From contig JBNMHO010000003.1 of NCBI GenBank assembly GCA_050872785.1, positions 12,554 to 76,553 on the forward strand: DNA of 64,000 nt, given 5' to 3'. The first letter of the stretch is position 1; each line of letters begins with the position of its first letter. Of this stretch, positions 31,659 to 41,406 are shown piece by piece. The translations under genes were made by a program, and so were the position numbers. This DNA comes from Clostridia bacterium. GTDB taxonomy: Bacteria; Bacillota; Clostridia; Christensenellales; UBA1242. The notes beneath the pieces are model-generated. The model ran no database searches, was not told the DNA's origin, and worked only from the letters and a program-made list of their open reading frames with translations.

Positions 31659-31723
31659 GAATAAATTTTGTTTTTTGAAACATTCTAGTGCTGATGATGC
31701 AACTTGCACGCAAGGGGGACACA

Positions 31724-31981
31724 ATGAACATTGAAAAAGCGTTTGCAAAAGTAAAACTGAATAACTCTAAAAGCAAAGCCTGTGTTGAAACATTAAATTT
31801 CTTAATGGGCAAATACGGCTGGGGTATAACTGTGCTTGCATATCTTACGGGCGAAGACCCAACAACTCATGAGCATTATTGCACAGACGAAGTTTTTGAC
31901 GCCTACGTTGAAGCACTGGAAAATCAAAAATTTGAAACAAATAACAACTTGGAGCAAGAAGAACCTACACTTGAAAGATAA
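31724..31981 (+). CDS. Hypothetical (orphan) protein
   Basis: 85-aa ORF with AGGGGG RBS between era and recO. Confidence 0.6.
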   Translation: MNIEKAFAKVKLNNSKSKACVETLNFLMGKYGWGITVLAYLTGEDPTTHEHYCTDEVFDAYVEALENQKFETNNNLEQEEPTLER

Positions 31982-32000
31982 TTAAAAAAAGAGATTAACA

Positions 32001-32720
32001 ATGGATAAAGCAGTTTCGGGGCTTGTTTTAAAAGCCATTGATTACAAAGAGAACGATAAACTACTCACAATTTTAACTTTGGATATGGGCAAAATTTTAG
32101 TGACCGCTCGTGGTGTCAAAAAACCTACAAGCAAACTAAAATCCTATAGCCAAAGTTTTTGTTTTGGTGAATTTGAATTGCAACAGGGCAAGGCGGGTTG
32201 GGTGCTTGTTGGCGTAAACCCAGTTGACACATTTTTTGAACTTCTATCAGACTTTGAAAAATATAAGGAAGCATGCACTGTCATTGAAATTTGTGACAAA
32301 ATATGTGTTGAAAACCAGTCCTATCCAAAACTTCTTTTGGAAGCCTTGAAAACCATAAAACAAATAAACTACTCGCAAATTTCCCCAAAGTTGCTCCTTA
32401 GCAAGTTTATTATGAATGTTCTAAATTATGAAGGCTTTGGAATGAGTGCAACCCATTGTGCAAACTGCAGAAGTCCATTTATGAAAGAAGTGTATTTTGA
32501 CACCACAACGGGCGAACTTCTTTGCCATGCATGCAGAAATGAAAATTGTGAGCAACTTGACGGCGGCGTGTTTTCCGCACTTAAAATTTTATCCACCACC
32601 GAAGAAAGTAAACTCTCCACCGTCCGCCTGCCAAATGCAGTTGTCGAACGCACATTCACCTTCCTAAACCGAAACCTCTGTAACAAGTTCGAAATCCACC
32701 TCAGTTCGGCTAAATTGTAA
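32001..32720 (+). CDS. recO: DNA repair protein RecO
   Basis: GLVLKAIDYKENDKLLTILT...ARGVKK; CxxC...CxxC. Confidence 0.93.
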   Translation: MDKAVSGLVLKAIDYKENDKLLTILTLDMGKILVTARGVKKPTSKLKSYSQSFCFGEFELQQGKAGWVLVGVNPVDTFFELLSDFEKYKEACTVIEICDKICVENQSYPKLLLEALKTIKQINYSQISPKLLLSKFIMNVLNYEGFGMSATHCANCRSPFMKEVYFDTTTGELLCHACRNENCEQLDGGVFSALKILSTTEESKLSTVRLPNAVVERTFTFLNRNLCNKFEIHLSSAKL

Positions 32721-32738
32721 GAAATTGGGAATAATTTG

Positions 32739-32767
32739 AAAAAATAGGGCTTTAAACCCTATTTTTT
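32739..32767 (+). terminator. Intrinsic terminator after recO
   Basis: aaaaaataggg-ctttaaa-ccctatttttt. Confidence 0.8.
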
Positions 32768-32779
32768 ATGTCATTTTTG

Positions 32780-32808
32780 TTGACAAATTGGGGACAAATA
32801 TATAAAAT
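32780..32808 (+). promoter_or_regulatory. sigmaA promoter of ppdK
   Basis: TTGACA-17-TAAAAT. Confidence 0.65.
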
Positions 32809-32839
32809 TTTCTTTGTGATTTTTAAAGGAGAAAAATAA

Positions 32840-35473
32840 ATGGCAAAAAAATACGTTTATCTATTCAGCGAAGGAAACTCCAAAATGAGAGAAATTTTGG
32901 GCGGGAAAGGTGCTAACTTGGCTGAAATGACCAACCTTGGACTTCCAGTTCCACAAGGCTTTACAATTTCAACAGAAGCCTGCACACAATATTATGAAGA
33001 CGGCCGTCAAATCAATGACCAAATTCAAAAAGAAATTATGGAATACATTGCCAAAATGGAAAAGATTACTGGCAAGAAGTTTGGCGACAAAGAAAACCCA
33101 CTTTTGGTGTCTGTTAGAAGTGGTGCAAGGGCAAGTATGCCTGGCATGATGGACACAATCTTGAACCTTGGACTTAACGAAGAAGTTGTTGAAGTTTTGT
33201 CCAAAAAGTCTGGCAATCCACGTTGGGCTTGGGACTGCTACAGAAGATTTATCCAAATGTATAGCGATGTCGTTATGGAAGTTGGCAAGAAATATTTTGA
33301 ACAACTTATCGACAAAATGAAAAAGGAAAAAGGTGTTAAACTTGACACAGAACTCACAGCAAGTGACCTTGCAGAACTTGCACATGAGTTTAAAGCAGAA
33401 TACAAAGCAAAAATTGGACAAGATTTTCCAAGTGATCCAAAAGAACAACTTATGGGTGCAATTAAGGCTGTGTTTAGGTCATGGGACAACCCAAGAGCAA
33501 ACTACTACAGAATGCAAAATGACATTCCATACAGCTGGGGAACTGCTGTTAATGTTCAAATGATGGTGTTTGGAAACATGGGCGAAACAAGTGGCACAGG
33601 TGTCGCTTTCACTCGTAATCCAGCCACTGGCGAAAAGAAACTTATGGGCGAATTTTTGATGAACGCACAAGGTGAAGACGTTGTTGCTGGTGTCAGAACC
33701 CCAATGCCTATTGCAAAAATGGCAGAAATTATGCCAGAAGTTTATACACAATTCCAAGAAATTTGCAAAACTCTTGAAGGACACTACAAAGATATGCAAG
33801 ATATGGAATTCACAATAGAAGACAAGAAGTTGTATATGCTTCAAACAAGAAACGGCAAGAGAACTGCACGTGCAGCACTCAAAATTGCTTGCGACCTTGT
33901 TGATGAAGGGATGATTACAGAACAAGAAGCTCTTATGCAAATTGACCCAAAGAGTCTTGATAGTCTTCTTCACCCACAATTTGACCCACAAGCTTTGAAA
34001 GACGCAAAACCAGTGGCACAAGCACTTGCTGCTTCTCCTGGGGCAGGGTGCGGGGCTATTGTGTTTACAGCAGAAGATGCAGTTGCTCGTGGCAAAAACA
34101 AAGAAAGAGTTGTGCTTGTCCGTCTTGAAACTTCTCCAGAAGACATTGAAGGCATGCACTATGCTCAAGGCGTTCTCACTGTTCGTGGCGGAATGACATC
34201 TCACGCAGCAGTTGTTGCTCGTGGCATGGGAACTTGCTGTGTTTCTGGCTGTGGCGAAATTGAAATGGACGAAAAGAACAAATGCTTCACCCTTGCTGGA
34301 AGGACTTATCATGAAGGGGACATTATCTCCATTGACGGCTCAACAGGCAAGATTTATGGCGAAGAAATTAAAACTGTGCCAGCAAACACAAATGATGGTG
34401 ATTTCGGCAGAATTATGGCATGGGCTGACAAATATAAAGCACTTGAAATCAGAACAAATGCTGACACTCCAAAAGACGCAAAACAAGCCAAACTCTTTGG
34501 TGCACAAGGCATCGGTCTTTGCAGAACAGAACACATGTTCTTTGACCCAGACAGAATTTCTGCAATAAGGGAAATGATTTGCTCTGACACTCTTGAACAA
34601 CGTGAAAAGGCATTGAGCAAACTTGAACCAATGCAACAAGGTGACTTTGAACAACTTTACGAAGCAATGGAAGGACTTCCAGTTAACATCCGTTATCTTG
34701 ACCCACCTCTACACGAATTTGTGCCAACTGAAGAAGCAGATATTGCTCTTCTTGCCAAATCTCAAGGCAAAACTGTTGCTCAAGTAAAACAAATTATTGC
34801 TTCTCTTCATGAATTTAACCCAATGATGGGACACCGTGGTTGCAGACTTGCCGTTACATTCCCAGAAATTGCCGTTATGCAAACAACTGCAGTCATAAAG
34901 GCCGCTCTTAATGTCAGCAAAAAACACAACTGGAATATTGTTCCAGAAATTATGATTCCACTTGTTGGGGAAGTGAAAGAGCTTGCTTATGTCAAGAAAA
35001 TTGTTTGTGAAACAGCAGACAAACTTATAAAAGAAGCAAAATCTAACATGAAATACAAAGTCGGCACAATGATTGAAATTCCACGTGCTGCACTTATGGC
35101 TGACAAGATTGCTGAAGAAGCAGAATTCTTCTCATTCGGAACAAACGACCTAACACAAATGACCTTTGGCTTCAGCCGTGATGACGCTGGCAAATTCTTG
35201 GGTTCATATTATGAAAAGAAAATTTATGAATCTGACCCATTTGCTCGTCTTGACCAAGAAGGCGTTGGCAAACTTGTTGAAATGGCAGCAAAACTTGGAA
35301 GAAGTACCCGCCCAGACCTTCACCTTGGAATTTGTGGCGAACATGGCGGCGACCCAAGCTCAATCGACTTCTGCCACAGAGTTGGACTTAACTATGTTTC
35401 TTGCTCTCCATTCCGTGTTCCTATTGCACGTCTTGCAGCAGCACAAGCAAACATCAGAAATCCAAGAAAATAA
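32840..35473 (+). CDS. ppdK: Pyruvate, phosphate dikinase
   Basis: GGKGANLAEM, GGMTSHAAVVAR, FSFGTNDLTQ, CGEHGGDP. Confidence 0.98.
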   Translation: MAKKYVYLFSEGNSKMREILGGKGANLAEMTNLGLPVPQGFTISTEACTQYYEDGRQINDQIQKEIMEYIAKMEKITGKKFGDKENPLLVSVRSGARASMPGMMDTILNLGLNEEVVEVLSKKSGNPRWAWDCYRRFIQMYSDVVMEVGKKYFEQLIDKMKKEKGVKLDTELTASDLAELAHEFKAEYKAKIGQDFPSDPKEQLMGAIKAVFRSWDNPRANYYRMQNDIPYSWGTAVNVQMMVFGNMGETSGTGVAFTRNPATGEKKLMGEFLMNAQGEDVVAGVRTPMPIAKMAEIMPEVYTQFQEICKTLEGHYKDMQDMEFTIEDKKLYMLQTRNGKRTARAALKIACDLVDEGMITEQEALMQIDPKSLDSLLHPQFDPQALKDAKPVAQALAASPGAGCGAIVFTAEDAVARGKNKERVVLVRLETSPEDIEGMHYAQGVLTVRGGMTSHAAVVARGMGTCCVSGCGEIEMDEKNKCFTLAGRTYHEGDIISIDGSTGKIYGEEIKTVPANTNDGDFGRIMAWADKYKALEIRTNADTPKDAKQAKLFGAQGIGLCRTEHMFFDPDRISAIREMICSDTLEQREKALSKLEPMQQGDFEQLYEAMEGLPVNIRYLDPPLHEFVPTEEADIALLAKSQGKTVAQVKQIIASLHEFNPMMGHRGCRLAVTFPEIAVMQTTAVIKAALNVSKKHNWNIVPEIMIPLVGEVKELAYVKKIVCETADKLIKEAKSNMKYKVGTMIEIPRAALMADKIAEEAEFFSFGTNDLTQMTFGFSRDDAGKFLGSYYEKKIYESDPFARLDQEGVGKLVEMAAKLGRSTRPDLHLGICGEHGGDPSSIDFCHRVGLNYVSCSPFRVPIARLAAAQANIRNPRK

Positions 35474-35516
35474 TCTCACAACTTGTCTTGGCACAAAAAG
35501 TATATATTCTACAACC

Positions 35517-35545
35517 AAAAACAGCACTTATCTGGTGCTGTTTTT
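35517..35545. terminator. Bidirectional intrinsic terminator
   Basis: aaaaacagcac-ttatctg-gtgctgttttt. Confidence 0.85.
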
Positions 35546-35552
35546 GCTATTA

Positions 35553-36707
35553 TCACTTAAGTTGCGACATTTTGGCAAGTTCTGATATAGCTTTTGCAAG
35601 CACATTTATGTCATGATAAGAATTCTTAAAATCTACTCCCACACGAGTAAGCCCACTTTCCATTGTCCCCAAAAACTTGTGTGCAAGCGGGGCACAATGA
35701 AGCCCACCACGGGAGGCAATGTGATATTTGTCACTCAAAAAATCTGTCACTTCAATGGAGTCAAAGCCCGCAACGGAAAATGCAACAACTCCATATGTGT
35801 TGTCAAGATTTGAATAAATCTTAACTCCTTTAATATCCCGCAATTTGCTTATCATATATTGTGTCAACTTTGCAACTTTTTTGACGTGATTATCAAAGTG
35901 TTTTTCAACATATTTTGCCCCCGCAGACAAACTTGCAATAAGCGGACTGGCAACCGTCCCACTTTCATAACATTCTGGGGGAACAGTTGGCTGCAACAGA
36001 TTTTCACTCTCTGTCCCCGTTCCGCCAAAAATTATTGGGGCGGGGTAGGTCTTGGAATTTATGCACAATGCTCCAATGCCTTGCGGAGTGTGCAACCCTT
36101 TGTGACCAGAGAAGGCAAGAAAGTTTATGTGCGACTTTTTCATATCTATTTTTATGTGTCCAACACCTTGTGCGTCATCAAGCAAAAATAATATGCCATT
36201 TCTGTTGCACAACGCTCCCACATCCTCAAAATTGTTTCTGTTGCCCGTTACATTTGATATTGCCGTCAAACACACAAGAAAAGTGTTTTTCTTTATGACT
36301 GAGGCAATGTCACTTGCGGTGATAAACTTTTTATTTTTCGGGCTGATAACAGTCAGCGTAATTTCACCCAAACTTTCAAGATGATGAAGCGGTCTTAAAA
36401 CGGAATTATGCTCAAAGCAACTGCAAATGACGTGTTTTCCTTTGTTTTTTCTGCAAAGACCTAAAATTGCAATGTTCAACGCTTCAGTTGCGTTTTTTGT
36501 AAAAATTACATCTTCTGGCTCAATATTTCCAAATTGTTTTGCCAAATTTTCACGAGTTTGCCAAATCATAGCAGCATTTTTGACGGCAAGCGGATGACCG
36601 CCACGACCGGGGTTGGCACTTAAGGAAAGATATTTCAAAAAAACCTTTTTTACACATCTTGGCTTGAAGTGGCTGGTTGCTGGGGTGTCAAGATAAATAG
36701 TTTTCAT
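35553..36707 (-). CDS. Cysteine desulfurase-family (class V PLP aminotransferase)
   Basis: IYLDTPATS, NPGRGGH, EHNSV, FSGHKG, RGGLHCAP. Confidence 0.92.
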   Translation of the reverse strand: MKTIYLDTPATSHFKPRCVKKVFLKYLSLSANPGRGGHPLAVKNAAMIWQTRENLAKQFGNIEPEDVIFTKNATEALNIAILGLCRKNKGKHVICSCFEHNSVLRPLHHLESLGEITLTVISPKNKKFITASDIASVIKKNTFLVCLTAISNVTGNRNNFEDVGALCNRNGILFLLDDAQGVGHIKIDMKKSHINFLAFSGHKGLHTPQGIGALCINSKTYPAPIIFGGTGTESENLLQPTVPPECYESGTVASPLIASLSAGAKYVEKHFDNHVKKVAKLTQYMISKLRDIKGVKIYSNLDNTYGVVAFSVAGFDSIEVTDFLSDKYHIASRGGLHCAPLAHKFLGTMESGLTRVGVDFKNSYHDINVLAKAISELAKMSQLK

Positions 36708-36843
36708 ATTCAACCTCAAAACATCTTATGTGTTTTTGAGTTTTGTTGTGTTTATAAACATTATTTTGAAAAAGATAATATAGTGATTTGAGAGAAAGAT
36801 ATTTCATGGGTCTTTCTCAAAAAGTCTGAAAAGAGGGAATAAA

Positions 36844-37086
36844 ATGTATTATCTTGTGGTCTTTAGGGCGAGAAGTGAAACAATGAAGTTTGCCAGCATA
36901 TTGTCGTCTTATGGAGTTAAAAGCACCATTGTAAACACCCCAAGGCAAATTGCTGTGTCGTGCGGAATTTCCGTTAAAGTTGACGCAAACGCGCTTAATA
37001 TTTGCAAACAAATTTTGTCACGAAGGCAATTTTGGACTTTCGGCGGCATTTATCTCATGCAAAATGACTCTTATGTGCAACAATAA
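36844..37086 (+). CDS. DUF3343-family protein
   Basis: TPRQIAVSCGISV motif, adjacent to cysteine desulfurase. Confidence 0.8.
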   Translation: MYYLVVFRARSETMKFASILSSYGVKSTIVNTPRQIAVSCGISVKVDANALNICKQILSRRQFWTFGGIYLMQNDSYVQQ

Positions 37087-37136
37087 GGTTGATTAAACAC
37101 ACATTTTGTGCTAAACTTTGCCAAAGGATAGGGAAA

Positions 37137-37781
37137 ATGCAAGCAAAAGAAGTTTATGAAACACTGCTACAAAGATTTGGTGATAGAAGTTGTGAACTTG
37201 ATTTTCGCAACAATTTTGAACTAATTGTGGCAGTGATTTTATCAGCCAGATGCACGGACAAGCGTGTTAATATTGTAACAAAAGACTTGTTTAAACACTA
37301 TAAAACTCCTCAAGATTTGGCAAACGCAAATGTTGACGAATTATCAAAAGAAATTTACTCTTGTGGCTTTTACAGAAATAAAGCAAAAAATCTTATCCTC
37401 ATGGCAAAAGATTTGTGCGAAAGATTTTCAGGCGAAGTGCCAAATAATTATCAAGACTTAGTAAGTCTTGCTGGGGTGGGCAGAAAGACGGCGAATGTTG
37501 TGTTATATGTGGGCTTTGGTGTGCCAGCCATCGCCGTTGATACTCATGTTTTCAGAGTTTCAAACAGACTAGCACTCGTGCATGCCAAAACACCTCTTGA
37601 ATGTGAACTTTCGCTTCAAAAACAAATAGACAAGTCTTCGTGGGGCAAGTTTCACCACCTTTTGGTGCTTTTTGGAAGATATATTTGTTCCTCTCGCTCG
37701 CCAGCGTGCAGCGATTGTGAATTTAAGACAAAATGCCCATATTTTGCTCAAAAAAAGCGTGGAAAAGTGGCAAAAAAGTGA
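37137..37781 (+). CDS. nth: Endonuclease III
   Basis: GVGRKTANVV HhH, AVDTHV, C-x6-CxxC-x5-C cluster. Confidence 0.96.
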   Translation: MQAKEVYETLLQRFGDRSCELDFRNNFELIVAVILSARCTDKRVNIVTKDLFKHYKTPQDLANANVDELSKEIYSCGFYRNKAKNLILMAKDLCERFSGEVPNNYQDLVSLAGVGRKTANVVLYVGFGVPAIAVDTHVFRVSNRLALVHAKTPLECELSLQKQIDKSSWGKFHHLLVLFGRYICSSRSPACSDCEFKTKCPYFAQKKRGKVAKK

Positions 37782-37908
37782 ATTTTCTAGTTAAATTCTT
37801 AAAAAATAACAAATTTGAGCCAAATAAAAAGTAAATGTGTAAAAATGTTTAGAAAATTGTCAAAATTGTTGTATAATATATGTAGAAAGTTGAATTTTGG
37901 AGGCAGAT

Positions 37909-39177
37909 ATGTTTGTTGACAGAGTTAATATAAAAATTAAAGCGGGCGATGGCGGGAAAGGTGCCATTTCCTTTAGACGTGCAAAGGGAATTCCAAACGG
38001 GGGCCCAGACGGTGGCAACGGTGGACGTGGCGGGAACATTGTTTTTCGTGCGACAAAAGATTTGAACAATCTTGTTGCATTCCGTTTTCAATCGCACTTT
38101 AAGGCACAAAATGGTGAACCGGGTGGCAAAAAAAGTTGCAACGGCAAAAGTGGACAAGACCTTGTTATAAAAGTGCCACAAGGGACAATTATAAAAGACG
38201 CCGAAACGGGCAAGGTTATTGCGGACTTGTTTTATCTTGACAAAGACTATGTAATTTTGCGTGGCGGTGACGGCGGAAAGGGCAATGAGTTCTTTAAATC
38301 ACCAACACGTCAAGCGCCTCATTTTTCGCAAATGGGTGAAGCAACAAAAGAACACACCGTCACCCTTGAACTAAAAGTCCTTGCAGATGTCGGCTTGATT
38401 GGCTTTCCAAATGTTGGCAAAAGCACACTTTTGTCTGTTATTTCAAACGCAAAGCCAAAAATTGCAAACTATCACTTCACAACTCTCAGCCCAAACCTCG
38501 GTGTTGTAAAATATTATGACCACAGTTTTGTTGTGGCAGACATTCCTGGGCTTATTGAAGGAGCAAGCGAAGGACAGGGGCTGGGACATGAATTTTTAAG
38601 ACACATTGAAAGAACTCGTATGCTTGTTCATGTGGTGGATATTTCCGAAGCAGACGGCAGACAGGCATACAACGATTATCTTACAATCAATGAAGAACTT
38701 ACAAAATTTAACAAGGTTTTTGGTGAATTGCCACAAATTGTTGTGCTTAACAAAATTGACCAAATAAGAGATTATTTTGTTGTTGAAGAATTTAAGCATA
38801 GACTAAATAATAACAAAATTAAGGTTATTTGCGTTTCGGCACTGTGCAGAGAAAACATTGAAGAACTTGTGCGTGAAATGTGGAAAACCCTTGAAACTTT
38901 GCCACCTCAAGTGCCAGTTGACGTGGAAGAGTTTGGCTTTGACGAACAAGACAAAACGGCAATTAACATCGAAAAATTGTCGGGCGACACCTATGAACTT
39001 TCGGGCGGATTTATTGAAAATATTTCTCGTGGAATTGTTGTCAACGATTATGAGTCTTTGTCATATTTCTGGAAGCGTCTTAAAAATGACGGCATAATTG
39101 ATATGCTAAAAGAAAAAGGCGTCAAAGACGGTGACACTGTAAAAATTGGCAGTGTAGAATTTGAATTTGTGGAATAA
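37909..39177 (+). CDS. obgE: GTPase ObgE/CgtA
   Basis: Gly-rich Obg fold, GFPNVGKSTL, DIPG, OCT domain. Confidence 0.98.
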   Translation: MFVDRVNIKIKAGDGGKGAISFRRAKGIPNGGPDGGNGGRGGNIVFRATKDLNNLVAFRFQSHFKAQNGEPGGKKSCNGKSGQDLVIKVPQGTIIKDAETGKVIADLFYLDKDYVILRGGDGGKGNEFFKSPTRQAPHFSQMGEATKEHTVTLELKVLADVGLIGFPNVGKSTLLSVISNAKPKIANYHFTTLSPNLGVVKYYDHSFVVADIPGLIEGASEGQGLGHEFLRHIERTRMLVHVVDISEADGRQAYNDYLTINEELTKFNKVFGELPQIVVLNKIDQIRDYFVVEEFKHRLNNNKIKVICVSALCRENIEELVREMWKTLETLPPQVPVDVEEFGFDEQDKTAINIEKLSGDTYELSGGFIENISRGIVVNDYESLSYFWKRLKNDGIIDMLKEKGVKDGDTVKIGSVEFEFVE

Positions 39178-39186
39178 GGAGAGAAT

Positions 39187-39486
39187 ATGTTAACATCAAA
39201 AGATAGAGCAACTTTAAGGGGCATTGCCTCAACTCAAGAGGCAGTTTGCTTTGTAGGGAAGGAAAGTCTTAGCGAAAGTTGCCTTGAAAGCATTGAAGAC
39301 GCACTTGCTGCTCGTGAACTTGTAAAAGTTTCTGTGCTTCAAAATTGCGACAGCGACACAAAGTCCATTGCAAACGAAATTTGCGAAAGACTTGAATGTG
39401 ACTGCGTTGGCATTGTTGGGAGAAAAATTGTTATTTACAAATATAACCCTAACAACAAAAATCATGTTTTATCAATAAAATTTTAA
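39187..39486 (+). CDS. yhbY: CRM-domain RNA-binding protein YhbY
   Basis: MLTSKDRATLRG...ARELVKV. Confidence 0.93.
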   Translation: MLTSKDRATLRGIASTQEAVCFVGKESLSESCLESIEDALAARELVKVSVLQNCDSDTKSIANEICERLECDCVGIVGRKIVIYKYNPNNKNHVLSIKF

Positions 39487-40316
39487 GAGGACTTTTGTAA
39501 AGTCCTTTTTTTTGCCAAACATAAAATTGATAAGAAAAACATCACAGAACTCATCAAAACATAATAAAAATTATATCTAACAACAAGCGAGCAGAAAAAT
39601 ATCAAAAGTCCGCTTAAAAAATACTTCTTTGCTTTTGGCGGGTCAATGGCTTCCTTGGCTAGTTCTTTGAACCTAATTTTGTTTTGTGAAACGCTTACAA
39701 GTTCGATTTCTGGTGGGGTGGAATATTTGCAAAAATATTCATATGCCTTTGAAAAAACATAAACTTCAATCTTAACGTTTTTTATAGATTGCAGAAGAGT
39801 TAAGTCTTCTTTTTGACAAGTTTGGCACAAAATAATAAGCGTATTAACTCCACTTTTTAGGGCAAATTTTGCGTGAGATAGTGCCAAAGATATATCAAGC
39901 GGCTTTTGTTCAAGTGCAACAAATGTAAGAGTGTTGTCGTTCAAATACAAATTGTTTTTCACTCGCTTGCCAAGTGATTCGCCCACAAGCGTTGTCCGTT
40001 CTTTTTGAGAAAGTGACATATAATTTATAAAAAAATCTTTTGTGCTATTTAGCAGTTGTTTTTGAGAAGTTGTGGGGCGTTTTTTGTCACGAAAAAAGTA
40101 TTTTAAAACATTTAGCCCCGCCAAAATTACAAGAGAAATAGCAACCGCTGTGGCAAAAGATTTTGTCACAAATCTTATCCACGCAAGAAGAAATAGAAAA
40201 ATACACAAATTGAAAAATATCCAATCAAAAAGTCTTGCAAGAGAGAAATTTTTGAACAATCTTGCAAGCGTTTCTTTAAAGTTATATGACTTTTTTGTTA
40301 CATTTACATTTTCCAT
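39483..40316 (-). CDS. Hypothetical membrane protein (2 TM + soluble domain + 2 TM)
   Basis: 277-aa ORF with hydrophobic termini. Confidence 0.6.
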   Translation of the reverse strand: MENVNVTKKSYNFKETLARLFKNFSLARLFDWIFFNLCIFLFLLAWIRFVTKSFATAVAISLVILAGLNVLKYFFRDKKRPTTSQKQLLNSTKDFFINYMSLSQKERTTLVGESLGKRVKNNLYLNDNTLTFVALEQKPLDISLALSHAKFALKSGVNTLIILCQTCQKEDLTLLQSIKNVKIEVYVFSKAYEYFCKYSTPPEIELVSVSQNKIRFKELAKEAIDPPKAKKYFLSGLLIFFCSLVVRYNFYYVLMSSVMFFLSILCLAKKRTLQKSS

Positions 40317-40417
40317 ATCTCAATTTTTGACCAAATTATCCACAATATTCTTGTTTTGCTTGTGTTTTTTTTGCTTTTGAGTTATGCTAATAGCATAAAT
40401 GTAATTTTGGAGGACTT

Positions 40418-40834
40418 ATGAGCAAATATCCAGAAAAAGTTGTTGAACTTTGCAAACTTCTTGACGAGAAGAAAGCAAGCGATATTGTCGTGTGTGACGT
40501 TTCAAAAGCAAAGGACTTTGTAAAGTATTTTATTGTAGCAACACTTGATTCCACTGCACACATAAGGGAAGTTGTAGATTTTCTTATGGAAAACACTTCT
40601 GGCGGTGACTTTTCTTTTTGGCAAAGAGAAGGCTTTAATATGAGCGAATGGGTCGTGCTTGATTACTATGACGTCTTTATCCACTTGTTTACAAAAGACG
40701 AGCGAAATCACTATAGTTTTGACAAACTCATGTCGGGCGAAGCCTCTGTGCAATCTTACAAACGAATTTTATCCGACATCCAAAAACAACAAAAACTTCA
40801 AAATGAACAATCAAAGGAAAAGAATAAAAAATGA
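40418..40834 (+). CDS. rsfS: Ribosome silencing factor RsfS
   Basis: DEKKASDI, EWVVLDYYDVFIHLF..ER..Y. Confidence 0.92.
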   Translation: MSKYPEKVVELCKLLDEKKASDIVVCDVSKAKDFVKYFIVATLDSTAHIREVVDFLMENTSGGDFSFWQREGFNMSEWVVLDYYDVFIHLFTKDERNHYSFDKLMSGEASVQSYKRILSDIQKQQKLQNEQSKEKNKK

Positions 40835-41397
40835 GTGCAAGTGAAATATTTTTTTGGGTTCTTATCGGCGTGTTTTGTTTGGCACTCGCTTTCTTGATTG
40901 TGGAGGTTGTGGCATTTCAAATAGTGAAAATGAAGGGGAAAAAACTTCTTCCAGATGTAAATGAAGATAGACTTTTGATGTTTGAAATTTCACTTTCACT
41001 TCGTCAAACAAAAATCATCGCAAAAGAAATTTTGCCATACATAAAAAAAGGCGACATAATAGTTCTGCAAGGTGACTTAGGTGCGGGGAAAAGTGTCCTT
41101 ACAAGGGAAATCTTGGGACAACTTGGCGTAAAGAACAAAATTACAAGCCCAACTTTCACTTTGGTCAACGAATACAAAACGGGAAACGGGCATTATTATC
41201 ATTTTGATATGTATAGACTTGAAGACGAAACAGAAGCGGAAAACATTGGCTTTGAAGAAATGATTGCAGACGGCGAGGCTATAAAATTTGTTGAGTGGGC
41301 AGAAAATGTGAAAAGTTATCTGCCAAAACACTATAAAAAAATCTCAATCGCAAAACTTGGCAAACACAGCAGAGCCATTGCTTTTGAGCAAATTTAA
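40831..41397 (+). CDS. tsaE: tRNA t6A ATPase TsaE with N-terminal TM extension
   Basis: GDLGAGKS, SPTFTL, HFDMYRL, VEW. Confidence 0.92.
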   Translation: MSASEIFFWVLIGVFCLALAFLIVEVVAFQIVKMKGKKLLPDVNEDRLLMFEISLSLRQTKIIAKEILPYIKKGDIIVLQGDLGAGKSVLTREILGQLGVKNKITSPTFTLVNEYKTGNGHYYHFDMYRLEDETEAENIGFEEMIADGEAIKFVEWAENVKSYLPKHYKKISIAKLGKHSRAIAFEQI

Positions 41398-41406
41398 AGA
41401 GGAATT

